The translations under genes and the position numbers were made by a program. Source: Anas platyrhynchos (Eukaryota). From it: DNA of 64,000 bases. This document shows, piece after piece, positions 25,734 to 39,789 of the stretch; the stretch's first letter is position 1, and each line of letters opens with the position of its first letter. The notes under the pieces were generated by a model, which ran no database searches, was not told where the DNA came from, and saw nothing but the letters and a program-made list of their open reading frames with translations. Location of the stretch: positions 188,931,457 through 188,995,456 of the forward strand of contig NC_092587.1 in assembly GCF_047663525.1 (NCBI RefSeq), read 5' to 3'.

Positions 25734-28700
25734 TGGGGACTGTTAGTGTTAGGTTAGAGGTTGGACTCGATGATCTTGAGGTCTCTTCCAACCTAGAAAT
25801 TCTGTGATTCTGTGAAAATTCCAGAAAAACCCTGTGTACGCCAGTTATTGCAGTACTGCAAAGTGCAGTCTTTGAACTACCAGCTGGAAGTGGTCTTTTA
25901 AGCTGCTTACAAATGTTTTACATATTTTTATGCTGTTGGGAAATCACCAACAAATCTGAAATCTATGTACATTTTAAAAAAACAGTAATTCAATACAATT
26001 GCTGCAGGTAGGAATAGCCATTTGCCCTCCTTGCTGCTTGGTCCTGCTGCTTGCCTGCTTTGTGCCACCCTTGCATCTCTGTGCCCGTGCTTGGTGCAGT
26101 GAGCAGGATAAAGAGAAATCCCAACTATAGGACTGATTCTGCTCATCTCATGTGGGGGGAAAGATCAGCAAGGAGGGGGCAGTAGAACAAGATGCTCCAG
26201 AACTGTGGACACAGGTTAGTTTGTGCTGTACCTGCAGAGAATATAGAAAATATAGTTTTATGTATGTCTTCATTAAGTGAGATTGGATACTTTTCCAGTA
26301 CTTCTAGGAAATATATAGCTTAGAAATAGGTAAGAAATGTATTTAGGTTTTCAGATCTCTTGAGTGGTATCATTCCATTTTACATTCTTAGTGATAGTTG
26401 ACCTAAGAGGGCCACTATTTGAAATAATGAAGAATCAATTTACCACTAAAATGTTGAGCCAGATGCAGTGAGCTTGGCCTGTCTGTTCACTTCCTGCAGT
26501 TTCCAGAAAGCTAGATGCAAGTCGATAAAAAATGAAAAAGTGTTCTTCGTGCTTTCTCCAGGAAAGATGATATGTATGGTTTTGGAGAAGCAAAACTATT
26601 CCAATATATTTTTTCTTTGAAGAAAACGTACTCTGCAATTAGAAAGATGGAAAACACTGTCTTTTAAAAGGCTGACAATCTTCATTCTTTGATAACAATA
26701 GCACTGCATTGTTTCAACTATTCCTGTAAGCATTTTTAAGGGATGAAGGATGAAAGGTAAGCTGCAGCTCCAGTTTCAATCAACTTTGAATAATAAAAAG
26801 TCTTTCCCGGAAAGCACAGGAAGAAAAGTGCAATAATGAAACAGCAGTTCATCTCCTGTTTTGTGCCAATGTAGAATATTTTGCTTCTAGGACTCTCAGC
26901 ATGATACTGGTCTGAAATGATGAACCAGGGCTGTGCCACGTAATGCAAAAGTGTTTTTTGAATTAACCTGTGACAAATGCAATTACTACATTTCCAAAAC
27001 TGAAAATTCAGAGTTCTGAAATAAATTGTGTAAAAACAAGAAGAAGAAAAAAATCAAACCACAACACTTACATATTGAATCACATGTCTATAAGTGAAAA
27101 TTGTCAACTTGGCAGTTGAGATGTCCATGTTTTTAGAGCTATATGTGCCAGTTTCTTGTTGCCATGTTATGCTTTCCATGTAGCTTTTGTAGTACCATTT
27201 AATGCATGTTTCAGCATCATTAATTCTCGCATCTCAGTTGTGTACGGTTTCATCTTGTGTTCACACTGCTGAATGCAAATGTCTGTAGAAGGGGGGTACT
27301 AGAGCATTTGTTTACTGTGATGTAACTATTGTTTAGTAGTTTTTCATTGCTAAGCTTGCTTTATTTTGTGTTCACTATCCATGTTTTGTGCAAAATATGC
27401 TTTTCCTATTGCATATGAGGGAAAAAGGTATCAAGTCATTTAACTGTGTTTATTAAGTGTGTGTGTGTTAGCAGGTTAATTTGTAGTTATTCATAAACTG
27501 AAATCCTGAAGATGCATCTTAATGTTTCTAAAATGACCGCTGGCTCAGTAGAATAAATTCTCTTGGAATACTTTTCTGCATGATTATGTGTAGAGTTTTT
27601 ATGCTTATGGGCCACATCTGTATTTATTTAAAATTAAAAAAAAAAAAAATCAGTGTCCACAGGTCAGCTCTAAAATTACAAGTATGTGTACAAAACAGTA
27701 ATTTAATTCCAAATGACTTGATGTTTGCTCTAAACAGTACTGTAATGCTCCAAGTTGTATTGAATATAAAAAAGGTAATCGGTTTGAGTTACTTCATTTT
27801 TAAAGTGAAACTTAAATTGTATTCAGAGTAAAAGAGTGCACGGAGGGGGGGGGGGGGCGGGAAGGAGGGGGGAAATAATACAAACTTGTGGAGAAATGAT
27901 GCTCTTGTCTGAGTTGCTTTATATGTTACTGGCCTTGTATTTTCTACTATTTAAAGTGAGATCATTGTGCAGAACTATTTGTTATGAAGACTTGTTAACA
28001 AAAAGAATTACCACTTGTCTTGCTTTACACAGTTATTAGTATTAACTCATGTTAGCATCTTTAAAATAGTTAAAGTAGAATTGGTTGGGTTAGGTGCATG
28101 TACTTTACTGCCAATGGTGCCATGCAGTGTGAATATCAGAAATAGGGTAACTCAGGTGATGGTAGATACTGAAGACTGATACTGTGTTTTGCCTTTAAGT
28201 CCAGTTGGATAAATGCTCATCTTAAGCATTAGTCGTACTATCTTTGAAGTGAACTCTTTCATGTATCCTATTCCGGTTAACCGTGAAACTGATTTTCTTA
28301 GGTGTCTGATATTTTGGGGAAATAAACACTGATTTTAAAAACTGCCTGCAACCTCAGTAATCACACTTACTACATTTGTGTCTCTATTTTATTGCTGTAG
28401 TCACAAGTTTTAAAGTGTTAATCTGTAGATTATTCTAGGGGAGGGCAAAGGTTGCTTAATTATTGAGGCCTTAGGTGGGAAAAATTATGTAGAATCTTAA
28501 TATTTACAGTAAAAAAAAAAAGTGATCTTTAAAACTGCAGTGTCAAGGAAGCTGAATGGTGTATCTTTCAAGAAGGTGCAAGAGCTTTCTACTGGAGATT
28601 TTAAATATTTGTGAAGTATTACACCTCTAAATCTTTCACTGGTCTGACATGGAAGACATTGTGGAGCCCAAGCCTTCAATTATATGGTGAAATATTATGG

Positions 28701-31700
28701 TGAATTACTTAACGCAGAATTCTCACCATAATATTTTTCTCCCTTCCACAAAGTTTTAGAAGCGATGTGAGGAAGTAATGTGATGTTACTGACTGTACTG
28801 TTGGGCTGAGTCCTGCGTTTCTGAAGATTGTCATTGGCCTCCTCTGGGTATCATTTAGGACTCTTTTCCTTATTCTGTATTCCAGATTTTCTTTTGCTAT
28901 AAAAGGTTTTAACTTTTCTTAATGATATGATCTGTATAAGACTATTCAGGGGTTGTAATACATAAACTTGATACAAATAGGTTAGAGGAAAGGGAAGATG
29001 TCAAATGCACAGGAAAAACAGTTCTTCCTATCACTTGGCAAGTCATTAATCCCCTGTGCTTTGTTAGTATATAAATATCATGTATATGATATCACGTATA
29101 TGTTTTTAACCTGTTGAGTGTTTAAGAAGAGGATTAATGGTGATTCCTGAAAGGAAAAATGTAATTCTTTTAATTAAATTTAAAATTTTCTCTTGTAAAC
29201 CAATACATAAGTAACAAAATACATTAGAACTTCAGTAGCCTTCCTTGTTTCATAAGTGTGTGGAAAAGTCAAAATAGAAAAGAGCTCTTTGTGAATTTAC
29301 ACATGGGGAAAATGGTAACATGGAAAAGCAGGAAGACGTGTTCTGGCCTCATCTTTCCATTCATTTCATCTAAAATTCTTCTAAAATTTTGGAAGCTATG
29401 ATAGAATTTAAAGCATTATATACGAGTCTTGGTAAGCTTTCTCTAAATTTCCTGAATGCTGTTTCAGACTTCTGCAATAAATGATACTAGTTTATTGTAA
29501 ATATGTAAATAAAATACACACTTTAATGGACAAAATAAGTCTGGAAGCCTGTGTTTCATGAAGATACGGAGGAGGGTAATGTCAATGAGAAGTTTGCTAT
29601 GTTTTCTCATATTTTTATTTTTTGCCTACATTACGTAAAAGGAACAGAAATGGAAATTTATGAATGATGTATAAGGGAAAGCTGAATATATAGGCCAAAA
29701 TCATGCTGGGGAAAAAAAAGTTTAAATATGTATAACTTAATTTGATGCTTCTTCGAGTAGAGAACTAAGCTCCTGTCTAAAAACAAGTGCTGTACAATAT
29801 AGGTCCTGTTGATTACAGATTTCCTCTTTGCCTTGGTTGTGGCAGGACAACAGAAATAGGGCTTTCAGGATTTCTGTTTATGATTAACAATGATGCCACA
29901 TGGATTCGCTTTAAAGTTTTCCTCATCTTCCCTGTGGCTTAGTTTCAGTCACACAGTGGCAGCTACTGTAGTCTGGGAGTTGAGTGTGGTAGCCATGATG
30001 ATTGAAGTACATGAAGTTCTTCATACATGAAGTACTTCAGTCACCATTTACTCATGCCAGCTACGTTTGACTTGGCTTACACCTCTTAAGTCACTGCAAT
30101 GCACTTCCAAACTTTACCTTTTATGAAGTAGAGATGCGATTTTTCCCAGTGAGGTGTAATACAAACCATTACATTTGTACTATCAACAACACAAATCCCT
30201 TTGATAATTCAAGATGTGCCAGAGAAAAAGAATCTGGCTGATTATTGCAGTCTGTTTCTCTGATTATGTGATAAAGGTGTGAAGTCCTGGTTCTACTTTT
30301 GTCGCCACGTGCTGAGTATCATCTTTAAACTATTTGGATATCTACATTTATTCTAGTTTACACACTTCAGTGTAAACTAAAATCACATAAATCTATATAC
30401 TGTCAAGTGTAGTAATCAGATGCTGATCAGATGTAAGAGCTTGAAATCTAAGTTGGCCAAAGTAGGCCTAGCATGGCAATAAAGTTTTGAGAAAGCAGGA
30501 ACAAGGTCGAATGGACTAAGGGAGCTAACTACAAGCTCTTTAGTAGTTGGTCCATAAAAACAGTAGGAGAATCTGTTAACTTTCCAAGGAAATGGATGCA
30601 TCAGATAGTTACACAAGTTTGGGTTTGTGATACGAATTTCCTTGAAGAAATCACTGCTTATGTGGAGTTTCTTTTCAAGACATAGAAAATGATGTTTTTA
30701 GTGTGTTAGATGGACATTTTGTCATTGTATACATCAAAAGTTGGAAACAGGTAACTGAGGTATCTTCTGTGTTCCAGCCTGTGTTCATACATGTTTTCTC
30801 ATTAATGTGTTTGGTATTTAGAAATTTGTCACCTGACATGCTTCTGATAACTTATTTTTAATATGTGAAAATTACAGTATGAGCTTACATTTTGAAAACT
30901 GAGTGAACTCCAATGAGAAACATAAAGTCAGTCTGTCTTTGATTCAAAATATTTTAGTTATTAATATGATGCCAACTGACCTACCCTTGTGTGTAAACTG
31001 ACAACAGAAGGAAGCTCCCCCTATTTCTTTCTTGCGTGCATTTGTTCTGGTCAAACTTGGTTTCATCATTAAAGCTTTCATATTTCATTGTTTCCAAAGT
31101 AAGAAAAGTTTAGCCAACTGGAGAGTCATTCAAGGGCCAGGGGGAGGAGTTAGTTTTAATAATATTTCTAGGACACAACGAGGTGTTCAACAGTTAAATC
31201 TATTACTCAATTGCTGCTAGTATCATCCTCTTTGGTTCTCTTCACAACATATTAGCAGATGCCTCCTTAGCTGTGTCTGAGAGCTGAGGCTTATTGCTTT
31301 TTTGTTTGATATTCACTCAGCTGTTTCATTTTGGGTAGGAACAATATCTTCAGGTAGGAGCCACCTCTGTTACCATCCTACTTTCTGTGTTGTAACAGAA
31401 AGTTGAAAAATCTTAACGTAGTATCAGCATTATGTCCAATTCTACTGTTAACAGACAAAAAAAAAAATCAAGTTTCAGGTTTAATTTGCCAGATAATAAA
31501 TCTTACTTAGCAATAGCAAGTTGATAATCTGCTCTCCGATTTTACATTGTGTAGTTCATCACATATTCGGCCTTAAGTTTTTTTGCAGGTTCTCTGGTGT
31601 TACTGTGCATAACTGCTAGCCCTGCTTTGAGTAGTTACCTGCTTAGACCGGGCAAGTGCAGGCAAGGACTAGTTATACCATGCTGAAACAGATAAGTAAA

Positions 31701-32039
31701 TGTCTTCATAAAAACACATTTTTATGAGATTTGGTAGTTTTATTCCACATTGGTTTGTTTTTCATAAACAGGTAAGTTACTTCAGTGGACCAAGAGATAG
31801 AACATTTGCAGAATACCCTGCAATTTGTTAATGCTGTTTTGTTATCTTTGTCCAGAAATACAGATTATATTTCCTGTGTTCCAATCTAATGTAAGATTCT
31901 AATTGTTTCCTACCAAATATGACTGTATTACACTGGAAGGTAGAAGTAGCTATTCTGTCTTTGTCACAATGAAGCAATCAGAAATCAATATTGTCACTCA
32001 GCAGAATTAAAAGCATAGGAAGGAAATTCCAGGTAAAAT

Positions 32040-32290
32040 ATTTACAAGACCTTTTAATAGGACAGGAGGCCATGGGCACAGCCGGGCACCCAGGAGGCTC
32101 CCTCTGAGCACCAGGCAGCACTGCTGTGCTGGGTGGGTGACGGAGCCCTGGCACAGGCTGCCCAGAGAGGCTGTGGGGTCTCCTCCTCGGGGATCCCCAA
32201 AATCCCCCTGGGCAGCCTGCTCTATGTGTCCCCTGGTGTCACCCCTGCCCAAGCAGGGCCTCCAGAGGGCCCTGCCAGCCTTAGCCATTG
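32040..32290 (+). mobile_element. CR1 3'-end fragment, + orientation
   Basis: It encodes ..HCCAG.VTEPWHRLPREAVGSPP.GSPK.., a diverged CR1 ORF2 C-terminus ([16 protein letters not shown]). It is nearly identical over about 145 nt to the copies at 43.6 kb and 52.0 kb. Confidence 0.75.
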
Positions 32291-35200
32291 ATTTAAATAA
32301 AGCTTTGACTTTCTTAATCTATATAAATTAACATTAAAACCTATTAAATCATTAGCTGCTTGATTGCTTCCTTACTAGGTTTCCTTTTAATAAAGAAGTA
32401 TCTCTTGCTTAGTATTGCTACGATACGTTTTCAAATGGAGTGCTTCAAAGATGAAAGCTCTTTGAGTGAAACGTGAATTGTTTCTCGTTGTAAAGACCAT
32501 ACAACCACAGCCCTTCCCTTGTACCCTGGCACAGTCTTACGGCTTTGGAAGTTGTAGCCCCACAAAGATAACTAATTCTTCTCATTATTTTGGAAGAGGA
32601 AGTTAGGACACGGGCCTAACTTGGCACCTGCTGCAAAAACGACAGGTAAGGAATCTTACAGGAGGGAATGGGGAATGTTGTGTAAAGTTGTGTAATGCAG
32701 CATTGCTATAACATGTCACAGGTGAATGCTCTCTATATCAGCTAGTTTCACAAATCCTTAGTGATATTGTCTTTTTTCTTTTTTCTTTTTTTTTAAATAT
32801 TAAAGAAACTTGGATTTTGCAAAACCCAGGAAGTTTCCCTTGAAACTAGACCCCTCCCCCCATTTTTTTTGAAAATCTAAAATATTCTTAAGGTATTGAG
32901 ATCATCACATCTGAGCTGTATATAAGTTCTTTTTTATAATACAAGGCATTTGCTAATTTTCAGTGGTGTTAAAGTGTAAGTTCTGAGTAAACTGGCTCCT
33001 AGGCTTTGCTTATACACATCCTTAGTTTCTTTAAACAGCGTTTTAAAAAAGATTTGTAAATCAGGCTGAATTAACATGAATAACTATGCATATTTCTAGA
33101 ATCTAGACTTTTCTAAGTGGTTCTCTCATCTCAGCATAATTGTAAACTCACTTTCAGAATGCATAGTACAATAGCATCCTGACTTCTGGCTGTGTTAGAG
33201 TAGTAGAAGAATAGTGATTGTACTCAGACACCTGCTAGTTGAGCTGGTGTAACTGTCTGGTTTACAGCAGAGTTAAGTTGTTCCAAGCTCAGTGTGTAAA
33301 CAGGCTGTAAATTCCTGAGATTGGCTGAATTTGCTTTGAATTTCTAGAACCTGACTTAAAGCAAGTTCATGAAATTTTAGCTGTAATTTCAATGCTGAGT
33401 GATAGAACTGGTCTAGATGCTAGAGTTTTCTTTGAAGTCACATCTATACATCACTTTGTAGGGGAAAGAGATAAGGGTTAAAAGTTATTCCCTTGTTCCT
33501 TTCAACAGCTCTGTATTTAGCTGATTGTGATAAGGTAAGGTATGGTAAAGCGCTCAGGAGCTTTGCATCTGTTTTAAAAGGCACCAGAGTTCTGAGTGGA
33601 GAAAATGACGCTATGGCTTGGGCAAACTCTTTCAAACTACTCAACATGAGCACAGTCATTGGAAGTAGAAATCTGGACATCAGAAGACTTTGCAGCTGCA
33701 TTAATGGTGGTGTGTAGGATGGCTAATTGTGAAAGTAACCTGATGGGCTAGCGCTGCTGCTGCTGCAGATTGCTTGGCCTGACACAGGAAGGTTAGTGAG
33801 CAACACAGGGGATGAGCCAGCAATCCAAAATGTGGGGTGGAGTTGCTGTTTTATATAGGAATATTTTAATGACTGTGTATGACTACAGCCTCACAGTTAA
33901 TTTTTTTTTGTTAAAATACATATAATAGATTACTTTGTGCAGCAGGGGGTCTGTGATGTTAAGAACTTAAGCACTAAGTTCCCTTCTGCTGATCAAATCC
34001 AGAGTTCTTGGAGATCTTAGGGAATCTTTACATTTTACCAAAAACAAACAAAAAACACACACACACAAAAACAAACAAACAAACAAAAAAAACCCTTCCA
34101 CCTTTCCTGTTAAATAAGTAGTCTTATGTCTAGAAACATAATGACTCCCAAATGAAGACTTCTTGTGAAGTTTACTATGTCCTTATTTTGTTTTCAAATT
34201 TGGGCCTTGCTGAAGCTGCACACATGAAATCTTTGTCCTTTTTAAGATATTTTCAGACATTCATAGTTGCCCAAATACTGAAGAAATAATTTGCATGACT
34301 GCAGTTTTATTATCCAGGCAAAACAAAAATAAATCCTTGGATTACAGTATTGTCACTGGTAATGGCTTATTATCTAGTCACCTAGACTGTAGTAGTAACT
34401 AGTAATTCTAGTAATTGCCACCACCTTTTTTTTTTTTTTTTTTTGGAAGTGTGATTCCAGAAAAGAAATATTACTACTTTCACATTCCTTATTCTGTGTA
34501 AGTTGCTAACTTCAGATACCCTATAATTTATAGACTGAAAACTGAGAAATAGATAAAAAATGCTTTAATAGTCAAGGAAAACGAATGACTCGCTGGATCG
34601 GTTCAAGTACTATTTGTCCTTTTCTTTCTAGGAACTTAATCTTCCTGTAGAGCCTTAATTTGGTAATGCTCACTGTTTGCCTTAAATTCTTTCTTACTTC
34701 TATCTTTTTGCAAGGCTGTATGTTCTTAGGGACAGAATTTTGGGAACATACATGTAAGATTGGAAAAAGTTGTATTGGATTCATCTCCTGTAGTCACAGG
34801 CAGCCACACCGTGATGTCCAATTAATTACTGGTTTACTCTTGGTGTTTTTTGATGTAAATGTATGTTTCTGTCCTCATTAGTGGCTACTCATGATAGAGG
34901 TGAGCAAGGCTTGGCCTGACTAGAGTAAAATCTAAGAGAACGGGGAGGATAAGATTACTTGACCATTTAGAAATGTCTAGCTCTACCTTCCATTAGCACT
35001 TCAGCCAACATTGTTATCTGTTACCTTTTGATAGGAAAATCTGAACCAAATGCAGACATGAACACAGCTCTGTGGATCGTCTCGCTCAGGTTCCCTTTGG
35101 TAGCCCCAAGTAAATGACCAGAAGGGATCGTGTGTTGTCCTGAGAAAAGCTCGGAATCGGGAGCTCTTCCTTTTGTGTGATGGATGGTGGCTGTGCTACT

Positions 35201-38200
35201 CAGGACGGTGCCTGCTGGTGCAAAGTGCCACATGCTCCACTGCACGGGAAGTCAGAGTTTGCCTATGCTGCTGTTCTGTGTTGCTAGGTAATTTTTAACG
35301 TAGACGTAAAATAAAGGGGGATGGGTTCTCTTACAATACCACCCAAAATCCTATTAATTTAAAAAACAAACAAAGAAAAACAGCCAGTGTGTGCTCTGAG
35401 AAGGAAGCACAACAGCATGGGTACGTAAGGTAAATGTGGAATATCCTTCAGGGCCACGGGCTGCCACGGCTGTGTCTGCTTGGTAGGAGCAAGGCAAGTC
35501 TGTATTGGGAAGAGGTCATGGAGAGCACCCTGGTAAATGAAGGCATACAGCTTGAGATGGGTTGTACTGAGGAGCTGGTTTTCATTTTTCTTTGATAATG
35601 ACACGATATGTGCATAGTATTGCTTTAGTGTGTGCTTGACACATCTGTTCCCTTCAGGATATGCCTTTTTGCCATGCCGTTGGCTGTTTAGAGCATTTCA
35701 GATACATTTTGCCTGGCACAACACCTACATACTGAACTTTTAATTTAAAGAAATGCTTTATCATTCATCTGAAAGTGATTTGGAGCCTGTTCTTTGAAAA
35801 TAATGATATGTTTTGCTTCAGCATTAGCTGCCGGGGTTCGTCAGGACTAAGAGTAATCACTGTTACCTGTGGAAGTCTCCGACAGCACAGAGGGGTTGGA
35901 GGGGTCTCTGATTGTTGTGAGGATAGCATTCTGAAGAAATAGTGTGGAGGATACCTATTGCATCTAAGAAACAAACCCAAACCACTATAATACGATCACT
36001 TTTTAGTATAAGTTACGGTAAATGGGTTATTTGGTAACACTACCACATGGTCTTGCTGCCTGGTTTTAGGCATGGTCTTCAAAAACAAAGATGTTTTCTG
36101 GGAGTTTTGCTAAAAACTTGTCACTAATGCCAACATTTAAGTTGCCAAGAATCTGTCTCTGTTTCTCTTTAATAAATTTGAGTGGTCAAGAAAGAGAACT
36201 TGTAGGTGCTGGCTGTTACAGGAGCTGGAGGCTGCTAGGCCTCAGGGGGTTTTAGGCTTGCTGTTTGTAGACAGGGAAAAGGGAATAAAGAAAGACTTAT
36301 TAATTAGTGTTATTTTATTCATAATATTAAAATGTAGACTGAAAAAATGACAACTGGTAATTAGTTTCCCTTTAAGATGGGTACATGTTTTTCAGTAGCT
36401 GAATTAGTCTCACCATATGGAGGCCGTGTCACAGGGCACTACCAGCGTTGCCACTAGTACTTAGAGAGACAATTCAGGCCTGGCCTCTGGGTCTGACAGT
36501 CATAGCCAACTTGTAACTGAGTGGTTAAAGGATTTTAGTAGTAGGGCTTGCAAAATTAGAGCTGTAGCTATCGAGGGTTGGCAGGCTGTGCTCCGTGCTG
36601 CCTCAGCATCTGTCTGCCCGGCCGTCATGGAGATGGCAAAGGAGTTTTAAAATGGGACGTGTAGCGAGCTGCACTGTGGGCAGGGGGAAGAGATGGAAAG
36701 GAAATGGGGGAATTGTTGAAGTTACCAGCACTTTTTAGAGGTCTTGGACATAAATTTTACCACCTTTGTGTGTAACCTGAGCTGCAGTTCTACAGCTGCA
36801 TCTGATCAGGTAAACACTACCTCTACTGTAGATGCTTGTGGTGGTGTTGCAATTTGCACATGTTGCTCCGAGTTGCTTTTTGAGGCTGTTATCTAAGTGA
36901 ATCCAGCCTAAAAGATGCAACCTGTGTGTGGGTTTTGGAAGTAATTCTTTCTGTAAGAAGTATTTTTCAATGTGCTGAGGTTTCTGATCATCACTCAGGA
37001 CCTCAAGATGTCAGTAATTCTTCTAGGAAGTCCGTATCTGAGTGAACACAAAGCTCTTCATCCTGTTGTGCTGCTGTAGTCGGGGTTTTCCCAGTCAGTC
37101 TTGCTCTGTACACAGATTTCTGTAGTGCTCCTTAGCTCTGCAGCATGCTTCTGTTTTCCCCTGCCCGAGCAACGGGCTGTACATTAACCCTACCAAACAC
37201 TGCAGGACTTGGGTGTTGTTTGAAATCTGAGGCATTTGTATAGAAGAGACTATTTTAGCTGGGGATAGGGGAGGGTGGAAATGTGTGTGCGTGTGTGAAA
37301 GTTGTTTTGAAGCCCAAACAACAGGGACAGGGAGCTGCTGGGTTTTATACACTGATTTGATACATTATTTTGTGTGTGGATGTTAAAAGAAGCCACACAG
37401 AGTTCAAGATGCATACCATGATTAACATTGTTTTGATCTTAAGCAATTTTTATATTGTATTTAAAATAATTTTAATATGAATTAATAGGAATAAAATTAT
37501 ACTGACTTGCTCTTTGCTCTTGTGACTGCACTTACTGCGAATGCAAGCACACCTATTGCAGAAGTTTTGAAATGAAAAGTCTTAAACTTTTGCATCAATT
37601 TCTACTATTATTAGTATTAATTATGTTTTAATGAGACTTGTATGTAGTTTTGCTCCAAGATCTTAAAGTAGGGCATCTTACTCCAATTTAGTTTTCATAC
37701 ATGGTTTTAATCCTCTTCAATGTCTGCACCACAGCAGGCTGAGGAACGTGGAGGAGACTGCACTTTACTTACCTGACCTCAGCACGACAGTGAGAGTAGT
37801 TCTGTCACATTTAATTAAAGACACTGGGTTGTATGCAGGGATCCAAATTATCTTAATGGCAATAACATGAGAAGGATGAAACCCAGCTTTGGCCTAGCAT
37901 TTGGCTTAGCAGAAAACAGTGTTTTGTTTGAGTATGTATGTTTTAAAACCCTACAAGGAATGGTGACAAAACTCGGGAGCAGAATTGCACTTACTCTACA
38001 TCTGGGTGAAGTATGAAATTTGGGAGCCTGTTTATGCCTTGAGCCAGCTGGTTTTTAACTGCTACATGGTCAAATTCAATTTAAAATTTTAAGGATAGAG
38101 AAATCCGCAGGAACAACCAAGTGGAAAGAATAGGTAGAGGATAAACATTAATGAGACTTTACCACAAAAATCCATTTATTTCCTGATATTATACATAAGG

Positions 38201-38674
38201 GTATTTAAAAAAATGGGTATTTGAAAAGAGAAGCTACTTTTTTTCCAGTTTGTGTCATTGCTGTCTCTTTATTTTTTAGGTTATCATTAAAATGTTAAAA
38301 TGCAGATGAAGACTGGCTTTTGTAGAATCCGGCTACCTTCTGAATACAAAAGGGAATCCTAAACCAAGTTGTAGCACGAGGTATGTATTGGGGTATTTGG
38401 CTTTATTTAGCCATTACTGAAATCAGGAGCCAGCTTTGCTTTCATGCTTGTGATTTTATGTAATTCTGCTTATATGCTTCAATTAATACTTGCTTTCAGA
38501 TAATACGTGACTATTCATTTCATAATTCCTGTCACACATTACCATGTTATTAAACAACTTGAAAGGTACATACACAGCATTCTGCAAACAGCTCAAAATC
38601 TGGGTACTCATAGTGCTTCTCCAAACAAATGCCACAATGCCACATTGCTGCAGTGTCCAGGCTGCTGGATGTTA

Positions 38675-38830
38675 TTCACAGAACCAGCTAGGTTGGAAGA
38701 GACCTCCAAGATCACCAAGTCCAACCTCTGACCTAACACTAACCAGCCCTCCACTAAACCGTATCACTGAGCTCTACATCAAAGCGTCTTTTAAAGGCCT
38801 CGAGGGACAGCATTGCATGCAGAATCCAAT
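38675..38830 (-). mobile_element. CR1 extreme 3'-terminal fragment, reverse orientation
   Basis: The sequence ..ctaggttggaagagacctccaagatcaccaagtccaacctctgacctaacactaacc.. is the reverse complement of the CR1 tail ggttggac..gatcttggaggtctcttccaacctag. The reverse-strand reading gives ..FKRRFDVELSDTV*. Confidence 0.75.
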
Positions 38831-39789
38831 TTGTAGATCAATACAATGTAGTTTCAGATTCTGAACAGTCTTCAGGATTAGCCAGCAGGCTGTATCCATG
38901 TCCTCTGTAAAACCTGGGGTTGAGCTCAGTTCCCAAACATGCAGGTTTGTTGTGTCTACCCTACGTGTTGGTAGTGGGACTATTGTACACCGTGCAGGTT
39001 TTAAAGGGAGGTTGGTTCAGTTCTGGAATTCCAAATTATCAGTAGTTTTTATAGAGTAAAAGTCCTGTTAAGCACTGATGGGATTTACCTGAGATTTTAG
39101 CTGTACTGATCAAGCAAGAGGAATTTGGGTTAGTTCTCATGGGTGTTCTCCATGTTTGGCCTGGTAAATGAGAGCTGTCACTATAGTTATGTTTACAGTA
39201 AAAGAGAACTAATCAAGATATACTAAGCCCTATCAATGGATGGTGTCATTTATTGCTAATCAAAGATCCTCTCACTGATTTCCATCCGTAATTGTGTGCG
39301 AAGTAAGCAGTAAAACTTGAGTTGCTTGGGGAGTATAAACGTGACAGGGACCTTTTGTTATTCTGTTTAAAAAAAAAAAAAGCATGGGAAGGGCAACATG
39401 AGAAAAAGTCTTTCTGCAGTAACAAATCTCAAACTGGACTAGGAATTACACAGTACTGCAAAATTGCCTCGCAGAAATAGTTCAAAATTTCTGCCCAAGA
39501 CAGACATTTCCTATTATATTCCACAGCAGCCCTCTCTTTTTTTTCTGCCTTTTACTCTATCTGCTACATCTATTTAGGTAGCACTGCTTTGTAAAGGATT
39601 TCTCCAAAGAAAAAGTTTCTTCTGTACGTGGTTCAGATGAGGTGTTGGAGCTCTGCTCCCTGGTGTTCCGGTCACCCAGCGAGGAGCCAGAGAGCTGCAT
39701 TGCTGCTGCTGCAGGAGCCCTGTGGTGCTAACCTCACCTCTGCACTGAAATTGGGGCTGGATCTTCACATAATTACAGAATATCCAAGA

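Larger units (their letters stand above)
22598..25815 (+). mobile_element. CR1 non-LTR retrotransposon. It is 5'-truncated within ORF1 but has a complete, uninterrupted ORF2 and an intact 3' end with the (ATTCTGTG)2 tail.
   Basis: An ORF1 C-terminal remnant (22621-22878, ..[43 protein letters not shown]) precedes a 937-aa ORF2. The 3'UTR reads ..ggttggactcgatgatcttgaggtctcttccaacctag and ends in attctgtgattctgtga at 25799-25815. Confidence 0.9.
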
